From positions 1 through 39,535 of the forward strand of contig CAZAHX010000001.1 in assembly GCA_964485005.1 (NCBI GenBank): a stretch of 39,535 nucleotides of DNA. The letters are read 5' to 3'. Made by a program: the position numbers and the translations under genes. The stretch comes from an uncultured Acidimicrobiaceae bacterium. Its GTDB lineage: Bacteria; Actinomycetota; Acidimicrobiia; Spongiisociales; ZC4RG35. Under the pieces are notes generated by a model that worked only from the letters and a program-made list of their open reading frames with translations, was not told where the DNA came from and did not search any database. Of the stretch, positions 34,469-39,535 are shown piece by piece; the stretch's first letter is position 1, and every line of letters begins with the position of its first letter.

Positions 34469-35346
34469 CCACACCCGAGACTCAGATCGACGGGACCGGC
34501 TTGAGCCGGCGAGCCCTCAGGTCAACCTACCGGAGGGTCCCTGGTCTGCTCGTGACCGGCCTGGTGGGAGCTGTGATGGTGGTGATCTTGACCTTCTGGG
34601 GCAGCAACCTGGCCGGATTCGAGCCTGGAGCCCAATCGCTCAGCAACCGGCTACAGCCGCCCCTCGAAGGCAGGCACCTCCTGGGTACAGACCGGCTCGG
34701 ACGCGACGTCTTCTCCCGGGTGACCGCCGGGTTCTCATGGTCGCTCCCCGTAGCGCTGGTGGCCACAACCATCGCCTCCACTCTTGGCACCTTGGCCGGC
34801 GTCGCTGCCGGGTGGAACGACGGCTGGGTGAGGACTCTCCTGGTCCGCTTCATGGATATCGCCATCTCGTTTCCCTACCTGGTGCTGGCAGTGGCGATCA
34901 TCGCCGTCACCGGCCGCGGTTTCTGGGCGCTCACTCTGGTGCTCGGACTCGTGTCATGGGTGTCGTTCGCCCGGGTCGTCTACGCCGAGACCCAGCAGAT
35001 CCGCAGCCGCGAGTACGTTCTGGCCGCCCGTCTCATGGCTATCCCCTCCTGGCGCATCCTCGCCACGTATGTGCTGCGTGGCCTCCGTCACACCATCGCC
35101 GTCATGTATGCCTTCATCTTCGCCGACCTGCTTGTCGCCGAGGCGGGCCTCTCGTTTCTAGGCGTCGGGGCTCCGCTCGGCGAGCCGTCGTGGGGCAACA
35201 TGCTGTCCGACTCTCGCCAACAGCTCTTCACGGCGCCATGGCTGATGTACGGACCGGCGATGGCGGTAGTGCTGGCGGTCCTCACGGCCAACCTCATCGG
35301 TGACGGGCTCATTCAACGCTGGGGGAGAGGCACCTCTCAACAATGA
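34465..35346 (+). CDS. ABC transporter permease (DppC/OppC-type)
   Basis: ATG 34465 forms an ATGA overlap with the upstream stop and gives 293 aa. Motifs: HLLGTDRLGRDVFSRV and REYVLAARLMA (EAA loop). Confidence 0.9.
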   Translation: MTTPETQIDGTGLSRRALRSTYRRVPGLLVTGLVGAVMVVILTFWGSNLAGFEPGAQSLSNRLQPPLEGRHLLGTDRLGRDVFSRVTAGFSWSLPVALVATTIASTLGTLAGVAAGWNDGWVRTLLVRFMDIAISFPYLVLAVAIIAVTGRGFWALTLVLGLVSWVSFARVVYAETQQIRSREYVLAARLMAIPSWRILATYVLRGLRHTIAVMYAFIFADLLVAEAGLSFLGVGAPLGEPSWGNMLSDSRQQLFTAPWLMYGPAMAVVLAVLTANLIGDGLIQRWGRGTSQQ

Positions 35347-35359
35347 AGGACGGAACAAC

Positions 35360-35734
35360 ATGAGTGAAGCGGACGGCTCGACGATCCTCGAACAGATCAG
35401 GGAAGCCGGGAGGCGGGTTCTACCAATGCACGAATATCTCGCCGAGCATCACCCGGAGGGCCTCGATGGATACAACTCCTTCTTGACGTCGAGCATCTAC
35501 GACAACGGCTCATTGGAGCCGAGGTATCGAGAGATGGTGTTGGCATGCATCTGCGTCGCGGTCGGCTCGTCGACTCCGGTGATCGCAGCTCATTGCCGCA
35601 AGGCCCTCGGATTTGGTGCCACCCGCGAGGAACTGATCCAGGCGATCGAGATGACTGCTGCGGTCATGGCGACCAGAGGCATGGGGGCCGGGCTCCTCGC
35701 CCTTCTCGAAGCCGACGACGGGGACAACCCATGA
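35360..35734 (+). CDS. Carboxymuconolactone decarboxylase (CMD/AhpD-like) family protein
   Basis: ATG 35360, about 9 nt after AAGGA, gives 124 aa. Motifs: LEPRYREMVLACICVAVGSSTPVIAAHCRKALGFGATREELIQAIE. Confidence 0.8.
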   Translation: MSEADGSTILEQIREAGRRVLPMHEYLAEHHPEGLDGYNSFLTSSIYDNGSLEPRYREMVLACICVAVGSSTPVIAAHCRKALGFGATREELIQAIEMTAAVMATRGMGAGLLALLEADDGDNP

Positions 35735-36561
35735 TCGGAGCAGGCCAGCCCTTAGGAACGTCGAAGCGGCTCTCGTACACCATGTCGGCCGACCGTTACA
35801 CCGGTCGGGTCCTCTACGTGACGTTTCGGACCCCGGCCGATCTTGGCCAGTGGCTTCCCCCTCCGCTGGTGGCCGCGGACCCACATGAGGGCTTCTTGAA
35901 AGTGTACGAGTTGAAGCGTCGCCCCGAACACGGGGAGCCGTATCCGCCATCCTTCAGCCAGTACCGGGAGGTGTGCGTGACCGTGCTCGCTGGACCGCCC
36001 GGCGAGGCGCTGCGTCACTACAACCTCTTCATGTGGGTGAACCGGGACTGGGCGACCTATAAGGCCCGAGAGGCTCTCGGCTGGCCCAAGAAACTGGCGG
36101 ACATAGAAGTCACCACCACCTTTCCCGCTTCTGGCCGCTACGACGCCGATGTGGGGACCCGAGCTTTCGCCGCCGACGTGGTGCGTCATGGCTATCCGTT
36201 GATACGTGTCCGAGCAGCTCTTGATCCAGACGCCCCCGAGCAACCCACTCCTCCATTCAACGGTTTCTACACGGTTCGGCACATCCCTGCCCCTATCGGC
36301 GGCGATGCGATAAGGGAGCTGCTGGTCATCGAGACCCGGGACGGCTGGTTCGGCGACGGAACATACGGCCAGGCTACGGTCGAGTTGGGTGAGGCTCCCG
36401 ACGAGGAGCTCGGTTTGCTGGCCCCCGCCGAGGTGACCGGCTGCGTCCTGCGTGATGTCGGCTGGGTCCTTCCCGGCTGGCCGGCCCGCCGTCAGGCGAC
36501 GTTGGATCCCTGGCCCGTCGAAGTCGGAGAAGCACAACCCGAGAAGGAGAAGATCACATGA
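35731..36561 (+). CDS. Acetoacetate decarboxylase (ADC) family protein
   Basis: ATG 35731 forms an ATGA overlap and gives 276 aa. Motifs: LYVTFRTPADLGQWLPPPL...YREVCVTVLA...YNLFMWVNRDWATYKAREALGWPKKLADI. Confidence 0.75.
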   Translation: MIGAGQPLGTSKRLSYTMSADRYTGRVLYVTFRTPADLGQWLPPPLVAADPHEGFLKVYELKRRPEHGEPYPPSFSQYREVCVTVLAGPPGEALRHYNLFMWVNRDWATYKAREALGWPKKLADIEVTTTFPASGRYDADVGTRAFAADVVRHGYPLIRVRAALDPDAPEQPTPPFNGFYTVRHIPAPIGGDAIRELLVIETRDGWFGDGTYGQATVELGEAPDEELGLLAPAEVTGCVLRDVGWVLPGWPARRQATLDPWPVEVGEAQPEKEKIT

Positions 36562-37475
36562 CCGCCTACCGAGGAGTGTTCCCCGCCATCGTGGCACCCC
36601 AGGACGACGACAACGAGATCCTCTGGGACGCGATGGGAGAGTTGGCCCGGCATCAGGTCGGGCAGGGGGCAGCTGGATTCCTGGTCAACGGCCACACCGG
36701 CGAGCACATGCTGTTGTCGGGCGAGGAGAGGCGGACGGCGCTGCACACCGTTCGGGACGCCGTCGGTGTCTCGGTGCCGATCGTGGCCGGTGTCCACGTG
36801 CAGGCCGCGAGGAAGTTCGCGGGCCATGCCGAGTCCGCAGCAGAGCTGGGTGCCGACGCGATCCTCATCTTCTCACCGTTCTCCTTCGCCCGTGGAGCGT
36901 TTCAGTTCGCCCCCGAGGCAGTGATCGGCTTCTATCAGCGAGCGGCCGAGGAGTCACCAGTACCGCTGTTCTTCATGCAGTACCGCCCGCAAACCAACCT
37001 GATGATGCCCCGAGACGTGCTCACGGCGGTAGCGAGTCTGCCCAATGTGATAGGCATCAAGCAGGAGGTCGAGGACAACATCGAGTACGAACGAGACTGG
37101 CACGCCCTCAAGGAAGCGAGCCCCGATCTGTCGGTGCTGACCGCCACCGAGCGGGGACTGCTGGGCAACTACGTGGTGGGCGCCGACGGCTGCACGATCG
37201 GCCTAGCCAACTTCGTCACTCCGGTGAAGGCGGTCCAGGATGCAGTGTGGAACGGTGACCTGGCGGCCGCCCGCGCCGCCGCCGCCAAACTCCGCCCTCT
37301 CGCCGACGCCATCTACCGACCCCCCTCCTACCGATGGTCCGCCCGACTCAAGTACGCCATGCACACCGCCGGGCTCATCCCGACACCGAGCATACGTTCG
37401 CCGCTCTTCCCGGCGACGACACCGGAACGAAAGGTCATCGATGCCGCGGTGGCGTCCCTGAAGGTGGCTGCATGA
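36558..37475 (+). CDS. Dihydrodipicolinate synthase family (class I aldolase) protein, second copy
   Basis: ATG 36558 forms an ATGA overlap and gives 305 aa. Motifs: FLVNGHTGEHMLLSGEERR, FFMQYRPQ, VIGIKQE. Confidence 0.8.
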   Translation: MTAYRGVFPAIVAPQDDDNEILWDAMGELARHQVGQGAAGFLVNGHTGEHMLLSGEERRTALHTVRDAVGVSVPIVAGVHVQAARKFAGHAESAAELGADAILIFSPFSFARGAFQFAPEAVIGFYQRAAEESPVPLFFMQYRPQTNLMMPRDVLTAVASLPNVIGIKQEVEDNIEYERDWHALKEASPDLSVLTATERGLLGNYVVGADGCTIGLANFVTPVKAVQDAVWNGDLAAARAAAAKLRPLADAIYRPPSYRWSARLKYAMHTAGLIPTPSIRSPLFPATTPERKVIDAAVASLKVAA

Positions 37476-38134
37476 AGTGGGTCGACGACCGGTCATATTT
37501 CGACACCCTGGAGGAGATGGTTGCCCCCCGGCACTCTGCGCTTCTGGTCATCGACCAGCAGAACGACTTCACTCACCCGGACGGCTACTACGCCAGATTC
37601 GGGCTCGATCTGAGCATCGTCCAGGAGATGACACCCAACCTGAACGCCCTGACGCACGCGGCGAGGGCAGCCGGAGTCATGGTCATCTGGTCACAGAATG
37701 TGATCAAGCCGGGATTCGTGTCCGACTCACCGGTGTGGCTGGCCGCTCACGCCAAGATGGGCCTCAAACACCTCGACCAGACCGACTTCTACACCATGGA
37801 AGGCACCTGGGGCGCCGAGATCTTCGACGATTGCCACGTCGACGAGACCGACATCGTCATCCCCAAGCTCCGCAGCACCGTATTCCACAACACCCCGCTC
37901 GAAGCCTTGCTCCGGGCCCACGGCATCGAAACACTCGTGCTCGCCGGCCAGGTCACTGAAGGGTGCGTGGACAACACGATTCGTGGTGCCCGAGACCGCG
38001 ACTTCTACACGCCCCTAGTCGCCGACGCAGTTGGGTCTACCAGCCAGGAGCGTCACGATCGGGTCATGGCCATCTGGACCGGACGAATCCCCACCCCCTC
38101 TACCAATGACCTGGTCGAGCTCTGGAGCACCTGA
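37472..38134 (+). CDS. Isochorismatase-family cysteine hydrolase (amidase-type)
   Basis: ATG 37472 forms an ATGA overlap and gives 220 aa. Motifs: SALLVIDQQNDF (Asp), IVIPKLRSTVF (Lys), LVLAGQVTEGCVDNT (Cys nucleophile). Confidence 0.85.
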   Translation: MKWVDDRSYFDTLEEMVAPRHSALLVIDQQNDFTHPDGYYARFGLDLSIVQEMTPNLNALTHAARAAGVMVIWSQNVIKPGFVSDSPVWLAAHAKMGLKHLDQTDFYTMEGTWGAEIFDDCHVDETDIVIPKLRSTVFHNTPLEALLRAHGIETLVLAGQVTEGCVDNTIRGARDRDFYTPLVADAVGSTSQERHDRVMAIWTGRIPTPSTNDLVELWST

Positions 38135-39113
38135 CCTCGCCGCCTCCACCAGTGACGTGGTGCTGGCCGTCGAGGGCCTACGGGTCGAGTTCCCCATGGG
38201 TGACGGCTCGTGGCGCCCGGTAGTGGATGGCATTTCGTTCGAGATGCGCCGGGGCGAGACTTTGGGGGTCGTAGGAGAATCCGGCTCCGGCAAGACAATG
38301 ACCGCCCTCTCCCTGATGGGGCTCGTGCCGCGCCCAGGACGGATGACGGCGGGGACGATCGTCCTGAACGGGCGGCCGGTCCACGCCCTGTCGATGAGGG
38401 AGTGGACCAGGGTGCGTGGCCGGGACGTCGCCATGGTCTTTCAAGATGCCCTCAGCGGTTTGAACCCCGTGCGCACCATCGGGTCGGCGCTCATCGAGTC
38501 GATCCGGCGACACCAGCCGCTCACCAACCCCCAGGCCAAAGAGCTGGCGATCGACACACTCAGGGCAGTCGGTATCCCCCGGCCCAACGAGCGGCTCAGC
38601 GTGTACCCCCACCAGTTGTCGGGTGGTATGCGCCAACGCGTGATGATCGCCCTCGCGATCGCCAATCATCCCTCCGTGATAATCGCCGACGAGCCCACGA
38701 CGGCCCTCGACGCCACCATCCAGGCCCAGATTCTCCAGCTCCTGGGTGAACTCACAAGAGAAAGGTCGCTCGTGCTGATCACCCACGACCTCGGCGTCGC
38801 GGCAGCTCGCTGTGACCGCATCGCCGTCATGTATGCCGGACGACTGGCCGAGGTCGGAAACGCCGACCTCGTCCTGACCCGCCCCCGTCACCCTTACACG
38901 GTCGGCTTGATCGATGCCGTCCCCACGTTTACGGCTGAACGCCGTCCACTAGTGCCAATACCGGGATCACCGCCCAGCATCGACGATGTCCTTCCCGGAT
39001 GTGCGTTCGCCCCCCGTTGCTTCAACGCGCTCGACCGGTGCCCAACCGACCGGCCGCTCCTGGAGGAAGTCGAGGGTCGCACCATCGCCTGCTGGAACCC
39101 TCATCATGGGTGA
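38106..39113 (+). CDS. ABC transporter ATP-binding protein (DppD/OppD-type)
   Basis: Walker A GESGSGKT, signature LSGGMRQRVMIALA, Walker B VIIADEPTTALD, and a C-terminal oligopeptide-type domain with Cys residues. The start is ATG 38106 (29-nt overlap with the hydrolase gene) or GTG 38157/38160. Confidence 0.9.
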   Translation: MTWSSSGAPDLAASTSDVVLAVEGLRVEFPMGDGSWRPVVDGISFEMRRGETLGVVGESGSGKTMTALSLMGLVPRPGRMTAGTIVLNGRPVHALSMREWTRVRGRDVAMVFQDALSGLNPVRTIGSALIESIRRHQPLTNPQAKELAIDTLRAVGIPRPNERLSVYPHQLSGGMRQRVMIALAIANHPSVIIADEPTTALDATIQAQILQLLGELTRERSLVLITHDLGVAAARCDRIAVMYAGRLAEVGNADLVLTRPRHPYTVGLIDAVPTFTAERRPLVPIPGSPPSIDDVLPGCAFAPRCFNALDRCPTDRPLLEEVEGRTIACWNPHHG

Positions 39114-39535
39114 ACCGTTGCTGTCCCTCCATGACGTGACTGTCCGGTTCAAGGTCGGGAGAGAGATCCTTACCGCGGTCGACGATGTGACGCTGGGGGT
39201 GGAGCGCGGCTCGACGCTGGGCCTGGTGGGTGAGAGCGGGGCAGGCAAGTCCACCCTCGGGCTGGCCATCGTCCGGGCGCACCGACCTGACCGGGGAAAA
39301 ATCGTTTTCGATGGGGCCGATATCACCGCCATGCCGGAACGGGAGCTGCGCTCGTATCGGCGCCGGGTGCAGATGATCTTCCAGGATCCCTATGCCAGCA
39401 TCGACCCGCAGATGAAGGTGGCAGCAGTGATCGCCGAGCCCATCAGGATCCATCGCCTCGAGGCGCGGGAAGCCATCATGGACCGGGTGGCAGAGCTGTT
39501 GCGTGCGGTTGGTCTTCCCGCCGCCGCTGCCGGGC
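39106..39535 (+). CDS. ABC transporter ATP-binding protein (DppF/OppF-type), 5' part only; runs off the window
   Basis: Not in the ORF track because it is open-ended. ATG 39106 overlaps the upstream stop by 8 nt. My translation reads MGEPLLSLHDVTVRFKVGREILTAVDDVTLGVERGSTLGLVGESGAGKSTL...RRRVQMIFQDPYASIDP. Confidence 0.9.
   Translation, partial: MGEPLLSLHDVTVRFKVGREILTAVDDVTLGVERGSTLGLVGESGAGKSTLGLAIVRAHRPDRGKIVFDGADITAMPERELRSYRRRVQMIFQDPYASIDPQMKVAAVIAEPIRIHRLEAREAIMDRVAELLRAVGLPAAAAG

Noticed and set aside
1-39535. Search for CRISPR arrays, tandem repeats, transposases, integrases, toxin-antitoxin pairs, defence-system ATPases or nucleases, and rRNA/tRNA genes
   Set aside because: None was seen on either strand. 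Every ORF longer than about 90 aa that looks coding belongs to a metabolic, transport or regulator family. The only repeated DNA elements are the short palindromes and hairpins reported above.

Overview
High-GC (roughly mid-60s % by eye, not computed), very gene-dense segment in actinobacterial style. I count about 46 CDS. I saw no rRNA, tRNA, CRISPR array, transposase, integrase, phage or defence genes. Almost every gene is a catabolic enzyme, transporter or regulator. Genes sit in tight operons, and many neighbours overlap as ATGA/GTGA start-stop pairs.

Gene blocks:
(1) 1-18.5 kb: a HyuA-like hydantoinase/oxoprolinase subunit (cut by the window edge), two paralogous TetR regulators, three luciferase-like (LLM) oxidoreductases, RidA, a SnoaL-like protein, an MLE-subgroup enolase-superfamily enzyme, SDRs, a Zn-ADH, an ATC-hydrolase-like protein, VOC plus an EamA exporter, an operon of saccharopine-DH-like / DHDPS-like / ornithine-cyclodeaminase-like / NifU-like genes, and a polar amino-acid ABC importer.
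(2) 18.9-24.9 kb: a CaiB-type CoA-transferase / cyclase / MmgE-PrpD / LLM operon, divergent from a CitE-like lyase and an IclR regulator.
(3) 24.9-31.6 kb: an operon with a flavin-reductase::HsaA-like oxygenase fusion, an amidohydrolase and a dihydropyrimidinase-like hydrolase, followed by a quinone oxidoreductase, a second flavin reductase and a membrane protein.
(4) 31.8 kb to the window end: a family-5 (Dpp/Opp-type) ABC importer operon with four enzyme genes inserted between the permease and ATPase genes.

Most notable non-genic signal: a 16-bp palindrome AGTAC-N6-GTACT occurs six times (five perfect copies). Every copy lies in the non-coding 5' region of an operon in block 1. This implies a multi-operon regulon, probably controlled by the TetR paralogs, for an unidentified cyclic amino-acid or lactam-type substrate.

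All functional calls come from motif and family recognition by eye. No database search was possible.
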